DNA of 64,000 nucleotides from NCBI GenBank assembly GCA_964418235.1, contig CAYQLG010000008.1, positions 2,164 to 66,163 on the forward strand, read 5' to 3'. The DNA is from an uncultured Planctomycetales bacterium (GTDB lineage: Bacteria; Planctomycetota; Phycisphaerae; UBA1845; Fen-1342). The notes below the pieces were generated by a model. That model saw only the letters and a list, made by a program, of their open reading frames with translations, did not search any database and was not told the origin of the DNA. The translations under genes were made by a program, and so were the position numbers. Positions 9,935 to 19,252 of the stretch are shown here, piece by piece. Every line of letters starts with the position of its first letter. Position 1 is the first letter of the stretch.

Positions 9935-9958
9935 TTATTGTAGTTATTGAGATTATTG
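9935..9958. promoter_or_regulatory. Three direct TTATTG hexamers at exact 9-bp spacing in an AT-rich island upstream of the ABC-HlyD operon
   Basis: TTATTG at 9935, 9944 and 9953 (minus strand CAATAA x3). About 210-235 nt upstream of ATG 9723. The surrounding DNA is GC-rich. Confidence 0.4.
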
Positions 9959-10211
9959 CATGGAATCGGCGTTGCTCCGGCCCCGCTTGGTCGACGCTTG
10001 TATTGTTCTTTTGCTGCGGGCGGTTCCAGCAAATGAGCAAATTTGGAACGGCCAGTCGGCAGTGCCTCAATCAAGTCGCATGTGGTGCTGGGCCAGGCAA
10101 TGCAACGGTGGGCAGCCTTGCGACTCGATTGCGCGGGCTACGGCCCCGTGCAGAGGGCATATGCCCTGAGAGCCGCCGGGCTGTGCCGGGGCACTGAGGG
10201 GCTTTTGCGGC

Positions 10212-11357
10212 CTAGCCACCCTTGCCCGCGACTTCGGCGGTCTCGCCGGCTTTGTGAAGCAGCCCGCCGGGGCCGGCCTGACCACGGGCCTTGGCCTCGA
10301 TTTTGGCCTGGAACTCCGCCGGGAAGCGCGAGCGCTCGAGGCAATCTTCCGCGCCGCAGGTGCCCTCGTCGTAGAGCTTCCAGAGATGCTCATCGAGGAG
10401 TTGCATGCCGTACTTCTTGCCGGTCTGGATTGACGAGTCGATGCGATAGGTCTTGTTTTCGCGGATCAGGTTGCCGATCGCGGGCGTGACGAGCAGGAAT
10501 TCATACGCCGCGCGCCGGCCGGCGCCGTCGGCCGTGGGAACCAGCGACTGCGACAATACCGCCAGCAGCGTGGTCGAGAGCTGCACGCGGATCTGCTCCT
10601 GCTGCTGCGTCGGGAAGGCATCGATGATACGGTTGATCGTGCCCTGGGCGCCGGTCGTGTGCAGCGTGCCGAAGACCAGGTGGCCCGTCTCGGCGGCGCG
10701 AATGGCGGACTCGATCGTCTCAAGGTCGCGCATTTCGCCGACGAGGATGACGTCGGGATCCATACGCAGGGCGCGGCGGAGGGCCTCGGCAAAGCTCGGC
10801 ACGTCGACGCCGACCTCGCGCTGCGTAAAACAGCATTTTTGATGCGTGTGGTAATACTCGATCGGGTCTTCGACGCTGATGATGTGGCGATCGCCGACCT
10901 GGCGATTGATGTAGTCGAGCATCGTTGCGAGCGTGGTGGTCTTGCCCGATCCGGTCGGGCCGGTGACGAGGAACATCCCGCGCGGACGATGGCACAGCTC
11001 GCGCACCGCATTGGGCAGGCCGATGTCATTGAATGAGAGCAGCTTCGATGGAATCAACCGCAGCACCATCGAGATGTTGCCCTTCTGCCGAAAGACCGCC
11101 ACGCGGAAGCGGCCCTTGTCGCCAAAGGCAAAGCCGAAGTCGGTGCCGCCTTCTTCCTGCAGCTCCTGCTGATTGCGTTCGGGCGTGACGGATTTCATCA
11201 ACGCGACGGTGTCGTCGGGTTCGAGCGTCTTGGTCTCGAGCGTGCGCAGCCGACCGTGGATGCGAATGACGGGCGCGCGGCCGACGTGAATGTGAATATC
11301 TGATCCGCCATTGCGGATACATGTTTCGAGCAGACGATCGATATGGACGGTTGCCAC
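10212..11357 (-). CDS. pilT: Type IV pilus retraction ATPase PilT (twitching motility protein)
   Basis: Motifs GGSDIHI, Walker A GPTGSGKTTT, HIISVEDPIEY, ILVGEMRDLETI, GHLVFGTLHT. The ORF opens at GTG 11426. GTG 11357 (VATVHIDRLL), 9 nt after GAGGG, fits the PilT N-terminus better, but the start is uncertain. No other pilus genes adjacent. Confidence 0.85.
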   Translation of the reverse strand: MATVHIDRLLETCIRNGGSDIHIHVGRAPVIRIHGRLRTLETKTLEPDDTVALMKSVTPERNQQELQEEGGTDFGFAFGDKGRFRVAVFRQKGNISMVLRLIPSKLLSFNDIGLPNAVRELCHRPRGMFLVTGPTGSGKTTTLATMLDYINRQVGDRHIISVEDPIEYYHTHQKCCFTQREVGVDVPSFAEALRRALRMDPDVILVGEMRDLETIESAIRAAETGHLVFGTLHTTGAQGTINRIIDAFPTQQQEQIRVQLSTTLLAVLSQSLVPTADGAGRRAAYEFLLVTPAIGNLIRENKTYRIDSSIQTGKKYGMQLLDEHLWKLYDEGTCGAEDCLERSRFPAEFQAKIEAKARGQAGPGGLLHKAGETAEVAGKGG

Positions 11358-11565
11358 GCGGCGGCCCTCATGATGGTCTTGTGCGATCCGGCCGCGCGAA
11401 ACGCTGCATCGGCGGCGTCGGATCACGACGACGACGGCGCTAGCGCCGTCATCTCATCACCCTGATTCTACACCGGATTCATGGCGGGCGCGCGGATTGC
11501 CGCTCTAATTCCGACGAGCGGCCAGGGCAAGGGGATTCACACAGTTATCGTGAAGATGCGAAGGT

Positions 11566-11588
11566 GGGGCAGACCGCGCGCCTGCCCC
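11566..11588 (-). terminator. Hairpin terminator candidate after the DUF1571-like gene
   Basis: GGGGCAG-ACCGCGCGC-CTGCCCC. Same stem sequence family as the 19128 and 38559 hairpins. No clear T-tract. Confidence 0.35.
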
Positions 11589-11689
11589 TCGATAGCTTGG
11601 AGGCCGGTTCCATCGGCGGCGATCGCATGGATGGAATCGGCGGACGGTCACCCGCAAGGCGAGCCGCCGCTGGAGCAATCGGCGCGTGC

Positions 11690-12685
11690 TTAGAACTTGA
11701 ACGCGGCTTCGTCGAAGGCAGGGTTGAGTTTCACGTTGGTAAAGACATAGCTGCCCAGGAGCTTCTTTTCCTGCCGATCGGCATAGGAATAGATCGACAC
11801 GGGCAGCAGCCGCTCCTGCTCGATGTGCATCACCAGCCGGGCATCAGGATATTCACCCTTTTCACCCGTATAGGGCAGATGGCGGATGAAGATATACGTC
11901 GCCCGGCCATCGATGCGGCCGGGGCCGGCGTAAGTCAGGTAGTCCGGTCCCTGCTGCTTGTTTCGCCTAGTTTGCTCGTGATAGCGCTCAAACAGCGCAT
12001 AGAACGGCCCGAAGCCGCACTCGTCGATTGTCCGGCGACTGGCGGATTCGGCCATGCCGCCACGGATCGGCACCATCAGATCGGAGACGAAGAGGCGGGC
12101 GATCGAGCCGGCCGGCTCGACGCGCGCCTGCATCACACCCTTCTTGTCGCGATATTGCGGATCGTCGATGAAGAGCGCGCGGCGGGCGTCGGCCTCGTTC
12201 TTGCGCCAGAGCATATAAACCATCCGCGGCTTCTCGCGGACGCGCAGTTCGATTTCCTGCACACTGGTCAGCGTGCCCTTGACCAGCTCCTGCTTGGTTA
12301 GGGTGCAGGTATAGCCCTGCACGTTTTTCTTGAACTGTTCATGGGCCTTGATGATAAAGGCCGCCGGGTCGCGCTTGAGCAAATCATCGAGCGGGGCGTC
12401 GGCGGCGCTCTTGATGACGGCGGTCGCGGCGACGAGCGTCTCGCCCGCCGGTTGCGGCGCGGTCTCGACACCCTCAGAGATTTGCGCCGCGAATTCACTC
12501 GCAGCGCTCTGCTCAGGGTCGGCTGCACGCGTCGCATCGGCAGCGAGCGCTGAGAGCGGAACAATTACGACGAGCATGATCGCGCTGAGGCAGATCGCGC
12601 ATGGCAAAAGCGTGGCTCGCTTCAAGATCGACTCCATCAACATCGTGGCTAATGACTGGCGCCGCGTGCCATTTTCATACTCCAT
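11690..12685 (-). CDS. Exported hypothetical protein, DUF1571-like (LolA-like fold family common in Planctomycetes)
   Basis: 331 aa. Signal-like MESILKRATLLPCAICLSAIMLVVIVPLSALA (alternative ATG 12643). The body (YTCTLTKQELVKG...MVYMLWRK...YIFIRHLPY) resembles DUF1571 proteins from memory. Confidence 0.5.
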   Translation of the reverse strand: MEYENGTRRQSLATMLMESILKRATLLPCAICLSAIMLVVIVPLSALAADATRAADPEQSAASEFAAQISEGVETAPQPAGETLVAATAVIKSAADAPLDDLLKRDPAAFIIKAHEQFKKNVQGYTCTLTKQELVKGTLTSVQEIELRVREKPRMVYMLWRKNEADARRALFIDDPQYRDKKGVMQARVEPAGSIARLFVSDLMVPIRGGMAESASRRTIDECGFGPFYALFERYHEQTRRNKQQGPDYLTYAGPGRIDGRATYIFIRHLPYTGEKGEYPDARLVMHIEQERLLPVSIYSYADRQEKKLLGSYVFTNVKLNPAFDEAAFKF

Positions 12686-12777
12686 CGACCGCGCAGGCTC
12701 GGACGCTTCAGTCTTTTTGGCGTCTCAACTCCGTTTGAGAGCGCTCGCAGACCCTCGATTATAGCCGTGACAGCCGC

Positions 12778-13641
12778 TCAGGATGCGGCGAGTCCGCCGG
12801 CCCAATCCGCCAGGGCGGCGGCATACGCACGCTCATCGGTTTCGAACTCCAGCGTGTGTGCGCCCGGCAAGGTGCGCACCGCCCCCCGTTCGGCAAAGCG
12901 TCGCTCAAACCAGCGGCGCGTCTCCGCATTCCGGATGATCGCATCCGACTCGGCCAGGAGCAGGTTCGCCCGCACAGGGCTTGACCGCGCGCGCCGCGCA
13001 CGGCGATCAAGCTCGGCCGAGGTCACCAGAAACCGCGCGGTGGCCTGCTCAAGCTTGAGCGAATCATCAGCAATATAGCGTTGCCCGGCCGGGTTTTGCG
13101 TAAACAGCGCCGGATCGCCCAGCGGAATCGGGTAATACGTGTGTCCGCCCGCCAGATAGCTCAGCACGATCGACGCCTTGCGGGTCAGCGACACGTCGAT
13201 CGCCGGATAGACGCCCGGTGCGATCAGCAGCAAGTCGGCGACGGCGCGCGGATCGTGATCGACAAACGCCGCGGCCAGCTTGCCGCCCCAGCTCACGCCG
13301 ACCAGCGCGATCCGCGCTACGCCCGCGGTGCGACGCAGCCAATCGATCTGGGTCTGCAGATCCTCGAAGAGTTGTCCGGCGCTGACGGCATCGCCGCGCG
13401 CGACTGCGTTGCGCCCGCTGCCGCGCCGGTCGGGCATCAGCAGCGGTGCGCCACTGATGGCCGTGAGCAGACTGCCCGACCACTCATACCAGCCGCCATG
13501 CGACTGAATGCCATGCAGATAGATGATGCCGAGGGAGGAGTTTTTTCGGTCGGCGGAAGGGAACCACGCGCGGGCAAAGCCCTCATAGCCATCGGACAGG
13601 GGCAACGTGAGATACTCCGGCGCTGGCAGAGCGGGCCGCAT
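12778..13641 (-). CDS. Alpha/beta hydrolase (lysophospholipase/monoacylglycerol-lipase-like)
   Basis: 287 aa. Oxyanion-region IYLHGIQSHGGWY and nucleophile elbow GVSWG (GxSxG). Confidence 0.7.
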   Translation of the reverse strand: MRPALPAPEYLTLPLSDGYEGFARAWFPSADRKNSSLGIIYLHGIQSHGGWYEWSGSLLTAISGAPLLMPDRRGSGRNAVARGDAVSAGQLFEDLQTQIDWLRRTAGVARIALVGVSWGGKLAAAFVDHDPRAVADLLLIAPGVYPAIDVSLTRKASIVLSYLAGGHTYYPIPLGDPALFTQNPAGQRYIADDSLKLEQATARFLVTSAELDRRARRARSSPVRANLLLAESDAIIRNAETRRWFERRFAERGAVRTLPGAHTLEFETDERAYAAALADWAGGLAAS

Positions 13642-14054
13642 GGCAGGAGCTTAGGCGCTGGCGGCGGCTGCGCCTTGGGGGTGCGCCGGTCTGGCAGCGG
13701 CGCGGTTCAAACTTCTACGTGCTGCCGAAGAGGGCTGCTGCGGCGCGGCGCGCCGGTCGAAAGGGTGGGTGCTGCGCGGGCCACGACCTGCGCCGGAAAG
13801 CACGAAAAGCCGCCGGTCTGGAGCGCTCCCACAAAAAATCTTCGAGAAAATCAGTGATTTTTGGGCCGCCGCCCTTGACGAAAAACGAGAATGGCCCCAA
13901 ATAGTGCGAAAACCCCGCAAATTTGCGTGGTTTCGTATCGCCTGGGCGACGGCAGCGCCACGCCGCCGCTGGGCGCAGTAACAATGTGGTCCTATGGATG
14001 GGGCCGTGAACAGCCGCAAGAACGCTGGCCACCGCCCCCGGAGGTAACGCACGG

Positions 14055-14381
14055 ATGGCGAAAACCGCAGGTAAGAAGAGCGGCCCGCGCACCAAGTCGG
14101 AAGTCTTCAAGGAGCTGGCCGAAACCGCCGGCGTTTCGAAGAAGCAGATCGCCGCGGTCTTTGACGGCATGTCCGACATGATCAAGCGCGATCTGAACAA
14201 AGGTCCGGGCATCTTCACGGTGCCTGGGCTGATGAAGATCACGGTCGTCAAGAAGCCGGCGACCAAGGCGCGCGAGGGCATCAGCCCCTTCACCGGTGAG
14301 AAGATCATCTTCAAGGCCAAGCCGGCGCGCAAGGCCGTGAAGGTTCGCCCGTTGAAGGGTCTCAAGGCGATGGTGATGTAG
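14055..14381 (+). CDS. HU/IHF-family nucleoid-associated DNA-binding protein
   Basis: 108 aa. KSEVFKELAETAGVSKKQIAAVFDGM...FTVPGLMKITVVKKPATKAREGISPFTGEKIIFKAKPA is a typical HU fold with a beta-arm. GGAGG lies upstream of the ATG. Followed by a strong terminator. Confidence 0.85.
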   Translation: MAKTAGKKSGPRTKSEVFKELAETAGVSKKQIAAVFDGMSDMIKRDLNKGPGIFTVPGLMKITVVKKPATKAREGISPFTGEKIIFKAKPARKAVKVRPLKGLKAMVM

Positions 14382-14417
14382 GCCGGGCCTGCTCACACCG
14401 TGAATTTGAGTTTTTCC

Positions 14418-14460
14418 GCCGCGGCGTCCGGTCGAATGATCTGACGCCGCGGCGTCTTTT
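14418..14460 (+). terminator. Rho-independent terminator after the HU gene
   Basis: 11-bp GC stem GCCGCGGCGTC (14418-14428) pairs with GACGCCGCGGC (14443-14453). Followed by GTCTTTT. Confidence 0.8.
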
Positions 14461-14590
14461 GTAGCGTCAGCGCCGGATGGTCAAACCCGGCGTCGTCGCT
14501 GGTTGATGCGTTTTCAGCAGACGGGCCCCCAGTAACCACAGTGTCTTTGGGGTTCGTAGACGTGGGGGTTCTTGCTCGGCTTCTGCTGCT

Positions 14591-16063
14591 TCAAACGCGT
14601 GTCTCGCGCCAGCGGCCATAGGCGAAGCGCAGGCTGGAGAGAATCGCGCGGACGATGTTGTCGGCCCACATGCCGCACCACGCGCCGATTAATCCGCCGC
14701 CCAGCGTGATCGCCCCGACATATGCCAACGGCACGCGCAGGCCGACGCCGCAGATCAGGCTGATGTACATCGGCCAGCGCGTATCGCCGGCGCCGCGGAG
14801 GGCGTTGAAGTAAACAATCGCCGCGCCGATGAAGGGCTGGGCGAAGGCGATCAGCCGAAACGCCGGCGCGCCGACCGCGCGCACCGCCGGGTCATGGGTC
14901 ATGAGCTGAAAGAGCACGTCGGCCAGAAAGAAAAACCCGATGCCGACGCTGCTGGTGATGAGCACGCTCTGTAGGGCCGCGCGCTGGCCGGCGTGATAGG
15001 CCGTCTGGGGTTGGCCGGCGCCGAGATACTGACCCACCAGGGTGGCGGCGGCCGTGCCCCATGCAAAAGCCGGCAGATAGCTGATCGCTTCGAGCCGCAT
15101 CGCGATCATGTGGGCGGCATAGTTGGCCGTGCCGGCGTCGGCGGCGCCGCTACGGCTGACGATCTGAATGAACGCGAACTGGGCGGCGCTCATCACGATT
15201 GCATCGAGCGCCGCCGGCCCGCCGATGCGCAGAATTCTCCCGATCATGACGGGGTCGGGGCGGAAATCGGCCCGGCGCAGATGCATCCCGCGCAATCCAC
15301 CCGCCAGCAGCACGAGCATGGCCAGCGCGCCGAGGCACCGCGCAGCCAGCGTCGCATAGGCGATACCCTGCACGCCCGTCGGCGGGCCAAACCAGCCATA
15401 TACGAGTCCGGCTGCCAGAAGCGAATTCACGATGTTGACGCCGAGCATGATGCGCATCGGCGTGAGCATGTCGCCTGACGCGCGCAGGACTGCGCCGCCC
15501 GCCGTCGTGATGCACAGGAAGAGATAGCCGCCGGCGTCGATCTGCAGAAACTGCTGGCATAGCTCGCGGGCTGTCGGGGTCTGCGTCAGCGCTCGCGCTA
15601 CCTGTCCCGAAGCCAGCCATGTGCCGATGCTGGCGACCAGCCCGGCGGCCAGCGCCAGCAGGATCGCCTGATTGAGTGCCCGCTGCGCGACGGCTAGATC
15701 GCGCCCGCCGAACGAGCGGGCCACGACCGCCGCGGCGCCCGTGCCGACGAGCGCAAAGATCATGCCGACCATCCAGCCCATGTAGGAAGCCGTGCCGACA
15801 GCGGCGGTGGCCTCTTTGCTGATCGTGCCGGCGAGGTAGGAATCGATCAGGCCGATGAGGAAGTAGAAAAACTGCTCCCCCAGCATCGGCAGGGCCAGCC
15901 GGAAAACCTGGGCCATCAACGTTCCGCCAGGCAGCGACGTTAGCTCTGGTGGCGCCGCGCCGATCGCGGCGGTGCGCGTGGCATCGTCCGTTATGGCGCT
16001 GGCGGGTGACTCCGATGGATCGACGACGCGAATGAGCAGGCTCCCGGCGCGGTGGCTGCGCAT
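14591..16063 (-). CDS. MATE-family efflux transporter
   Basis: Polytopic protein with a MATE-like start region FRLALPMLGEQFFYFLIGLIDSYLAG and 12-TM-like hydrophobic periodicity. Candidate starts are ATG 16063 or ATG 15916; the ORF is open to 16102. Confidence 0.8.
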   Translation of the reverse strand: MRSHRAGSLLIRVVDPSESPASAITDDATRTAAIGAAPPELTSLPGGTLMAQVFRLALPMLGEQFFYFLIGLIDSYLAGTISKEATAAVGTASYMGWMVGMIFALVGTGAAAVVARSFGGRDLAVAQRALNQAILLALAAGLVASIGTWLASGQVARALTQTPTARELCQQFLQIDAGGYLFLCITTAGGAVLRASGDMLTPMRIMLGVNIVNSLLAAGLVYGWFGPPTGVQGIAYATLAARCLGALAMLVLLAGGLRGMHLRRADFRPDPVMIGRILRIGGPAALDAIVMSAAQFAFIQIVSRSGAADAGTANYAAHMIAMRLEAISYLPAFAWGTAAATLVGQYLGAGQPQTAYHAGQRAALQSVLITSSVGIGFFFLADVLFQLMTHDPAVRAVGAPAFRLIAFAQPFIGAAIVYFNALRGAGDTRWPMYISLICGVGLRVPLAYVGAITLGGGLIGAWCGMWADNIVRAILSSLRFAYGRWRETRV

Positions 16064-16125
16064 ATGCAGCCAGCCTGACTCACTGTAGCACCGATTTCGC
16101 ACGGCGCGGCTGGGCAGGAGAGAAG

Positions 16126-16625
16126 ACGTGATAAGGTGATAAAGTGAGAAGGTGATAAGGGCCGCGGTTCTGAGATCGCGACGCCGGCGGGTTCAATTCG
16201 TTCTTCGCTACTTGCGCTTTGCACTTACAGATACGCCGTCGGCCACAGAGGGCCGACGCACAGTGGCGTGAGAATGTGGGAAGGTGGGAAGGTTAAGATG
16301 CGACGCGTCCGTGGCTCACGCCAGTGCTTCTGTTAATAGCGCGGTAGCGCGATGATCGCAGCGTGCGGCATCCTCAATTCGTTCTTCGCTACTCGCGCTT
16401 CGCACTTACAGATACGCCGTCGGCCACAGAGGGCCGACGCACAGTGGCGTGAGAATGTGGGAAGGTGGGAAGGTTAAGATGCGACGCGTCCGTGGCTCAC
16501 GCCAGTGCTTCTGTTAATAGCGCGGTAGCGCGATGATCGCAGCGTGCGGCATCCTCAATTCGTTCTTCGCTACTCGCGCTTCGCACTTACAGATACGCCG
16601 TCGGCCACAGAGGGCCGACGCTACA
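16126..16625 (+). repeat. Family A composite repeat, with its 3' part tandemly amplified (181-bp period, 2.4 copies)
   Basis: GTGATAAG-type 8-mers x4 (16128-16159), TTCAATTCGTTCTTCGC, hairpin CGCCGTCGGCCACAGAGGGCCGACGC, GTGGGAAG x2 (16276-16291). CAATTCG recurs at 16194, 16375 and 16556. Copies 1 and 2 differ at 2 positions. Partial copy 3 equals copy 2 up to 16622. Confidence 0.9.
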
Positions 16626-17031
16626 GCGCGGCGGTCGTGGGATACGGTGGGCCGACCCGACAGCTTCACATGTCGGCAGAAGTCAGTGGCGATCCACGCG
16701 ACGAAATGCCCTGTGTGATTCAATCGCGTCAATCACGATCTATTTTTCGTGCGCGGTTTAGTCATGTCTGAGGGCATTCACGGCCCACAAATGCGAGGCA
16801 GACACTTGGCATCCGCCGAGAATATGCGCGTGGTCGCCGATCGGCGGCCGGTCTGAGAGAGTGTTCGATCCAAAGCTAAGTCAACGCGGCTGGCAGAACG
16901 ATCGCCGCACGGCGCCGAGCCTCAAGGTGCGCCGGTAACGGTTCGTTTTTTTTGTCCTGGAATCACACTGTTGTGGACGCGCTGGTTATGTCGCCATGCG
17001 CCTGTCCACAAAGCTCTCATTGGAGTGTTTT

Positions 17032-19092
17032 ATGTTTCATTCTCATCACTCGAGAAGTTGGAGCGTCAATGGCTTGGCATTGGTCATGCTGCTTGCCGCC
17101 GGCGCGTCGGCGGCTCCGCCGCGCGTGTGGACCTGGGGGCCGCCGCTGGATGACGGCACGACAGATCCAAGTACGCTCTCTGCGTGCGCACCGCGGTTTA
17201 TCCAAACCGTGCGCGTCAAAGTGATCACCGGGCATCCTACGTTGCCGATTGAAATCGGCATGACCGGCACGCAAGCCGCGACGGCGGTGTGTGAGCTGAT
17301 TCAGGCGCGTGGTTTGCAAGCCGGCGAAGTGGCGATCATTCTGCAGGACTTCGCGAAAGGAGACGGCGCACCGGATAATCCATTCCGCTATTCCGTTTCA
17401 TTGACCACCAACCACGCGGACGGTCTTACGGCGTGTGGGCCTGAGTGCCTGGTCGCTGACTGGTGGATGACGCCGTGGATGTCGAACGGCATCGCGGAAA
17501 CCCGCGCCTGGATGGAGGAGTTCGTGGCGCGCTATCAGTTTCTACAAGCGGAGGCGGCTGGGGGCGGCGGGGGTGGTCTCGAGAAATTGCCAGTGCCGCC
17601 GATTCCGAATCCTTCCCGCTTCATCTTTGACAATGAATTCGAAGTGATTTCTGGCTCTAACATGGAGGAGGTCTTCAGGTTGATGCAGTTGGAGTCGCGC
17701 TGGTACACCGAACCCATTCCGGGCTGGTTTGCTCAGACCCCAACCGGCTTGACGCCGCTCACGATGGAGGAGATCTATGACCAGGCTGGCCGGCCCCCAT
17801 ACCCGTCGGGGGCTGGTCAGGACGATCCCCCATATCTGAACTGGTTGAACTGGTACACCGGCGTGACGTACCAAGCGATTGAGGGTGCGATGAATGCGGC
17901 CGCCTACAGCGTCATTCGGCAGGCCTGGCCTGAATGCATGAGCAGCGATTACCGCACGTCATGCCGGACGGACAATGTGACCGACGAAACGCTGCCGCCC
18001 TACATCGCACGGCGTTATTACTTCGAGACGAAGCCGGGCCACCACGCTTATTGGCAGGGCTATAGCGACATGCAATCGCCGATCACCCCGCTGGTCTGGA
18101 CGCGGCACCTTCGGCCGAATGAGAGTATTTATGACTCCACCTTGCGCATCCACCGCGCCACGTTTGATTCGCTGCTGCATTCCTTCGGCGGGCAAAATCC
18201 GCCGATCGTGCCGTGGTTCAATGTGACGGTATATCTGGACCAGCTTCTGACGACGGCGGATCGCCATCATCAGCGCGATCTGCTCGCGTTGATTCGCAGC
18301 AAGGGCGTCGAAGAGCTGATCGCGTGGAGTGACGGCAACATTTTCATGGATTCACGCTTCACCTGGAATAATCTGTCCAGCGTCATCGCGCAGGTGTGGC
18401 TGGCCGCGGTGACGGATGTCAGCGTAGCGCGCGGCGTTTCAGGCAGCACGAGCGGGCCGCCGCAGGATTTGCTGCGTCACGCCGATGCCGACCCGCTGAC
18501 CTTGCTCGGCGATGGCGGAGCGGGGCAGCAGCTCGAAGTGGTCGTGGGCTTCTCGAGTTGCCTCAACAACCCCGCACGGCTGCGCGTTTCGTTGGATTCG
18601 GTTGAACAGGTCATTGGCGTACCGGACCCGACCGGTATTCCTGCAGACGCCGTGACGACGCAGGTTTCGATTCGCGACTGGAGCGCGGGCGGAACGACGC
18701 CGACCTGGCATTCGATTGGGTTCACGCGCGCCGACGCTTGCGGCAAGATCGAGGCTTTCTACGTCGAAGACGCGACCAGCTACATACGTCCCACCGACGG
18801 GCGCATCGAGATGCGGGTTGCGTATTCGTCCAGCATCGGCGGCATAGTCTCGGTGAAGCTCGATCACATCGCGGCGATCGAACTCGATCCCAGCCCGCTT
18901 GTGCCGAAGTGCCGGTTGGCCGATATCAATCATGATGATCGCTTGAACATCAACGATATCGCCGCATTCACTCTCGCATACGATGCCCAATGCCTGAAGG
19001 CTGATGTCAATCATGATGGCGTGGTGGATGCTCAGGACACGGCAGACTTTTATGAAGCGCTCACTGCCGATCCGAGTTGCTGGTCGCAGTGA
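17032..19092 (+). CDS. Exported hypothetical protein with C-terminal dockerin-like double EF-hand module
   Basis: ATG 17032 gives MFHSHHSRSWSVNGLALVMLLAAGASAAPP (signal-like). No recognisable catalytic domain. C-terminus ADINHDDRLNINDIAAF...ADVNHDGVVDAQDTADFYEAL carries two DxNxDxxxxxxD loops. Confidence 0.6.
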   Translation: MFHSHHSRSWSVNGLALVMLLAAGASAAPPRVWTWGPPLDDGTTDPSTLSACAPRFIQTVRVKVITGHPTLPIEIGMTGTQAATAVCELIQARGLQAGEVAIILQDFAKGDGAPDNPFRYSVSLTTNHADGLTACGPECLVADWWMTPWMSNGIAETRAWMEEFVARYQFLQAEAAGGGGGGLEKLPVPPIPNPSRFIFDNEFEVISGSNMEEVFRLMQLESRWYTEPIPGWFAQTPTGLTPLTMEEIYDQAGRPPYPSGAGQDDPPYLNWLNWYTGVTYQAIEGAMNAAAYSVIRQAWPECMSSDYRTSCRTDNVTDETLPPYIARRYYFETKPGHHAYWQGYSDMQSPITPLVWTRHLRPNESIYDSTLRIHRATFDSLLHSFGGQNPPIVPWFNVTVYLDQLLTTADRHHQRDLLALIRSKGVEELIAWSDGNIFMDSRFTWNNLSSVIAQVWLAAVTDVSVARGVSGSTSGPPQDLLRHADADPLTLLGDGGAGQQLEVVVGFSSCLNNPARLRVSLDSVEQVIGVPDPTGIPADAVTTQVSIRDWSAGGTTPTWHSIGFTRADACGKIEAFYVEDATSYIRPTDGRIEMRVAYSSSIGGIVSVKLDHIAAIELDPSPLVPKCRLADINHDDRLNINDIAAFTLAYDAQCLKADVNHDGVVDAQDTADFYEALTADPSCWSQ

Positions 19093-19127
19093 CGTGTAAC
19101 CATCGACGCTTGAGTCTGTATGCAGAT

Positions 19128-19160
19128 GGGGCAGGCAATCGGCCTGCCCCGTCCGATTTT
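19128..19160 (+). terminator. Rho-independent terminator after 17032..19092
   Basis: Stem GGGGCAGGC (19128-19136) pairs with GCCTGCCCC (19142-19150), 5-nt loop, then GTCCGATTTT. Confidence 0.7.
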
Positions 19161-19252
19161 GACGAGTGCTTGGCGGCAGCATGCGCGGGCGCTGACGGCA
19201 TTCCGCGCGGGGTGCTGGCGGTGGTGCGCCGTCTACGGGAAGATTCCCGCCT

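Noticed and set aside
10154-10167. Perfect 14-bp palindrome AGGGCATATGCCCT, 45 nt downstream of the pilT stop
   Set aside because: It has no loop and is too short for a convincing intrinsic terminator. It occurs once in the window, so nothing ties it to a function.
13715-14365. 216-aa minus-strand ORF spanning the HU locus
   Set aside because: It overlaps the well-supported HU gene (SD, family motifs, terminator) on the opposite strand and has no recognisable features of its own.
16908-16952. Possible terminator or sRNA 3' end (CGGCGC-N13-GCGCCG, then a T8 run at 16944-16952) in the 400-bp gap upstream of 17032
   Set aside because: The stem is only 6 bp and the T-run lies 11 nt away from it. 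No upstream plus-strand gene or promoter could be identified. The T-run may simply belong to the AT-rich promoter region of the downstream gene.
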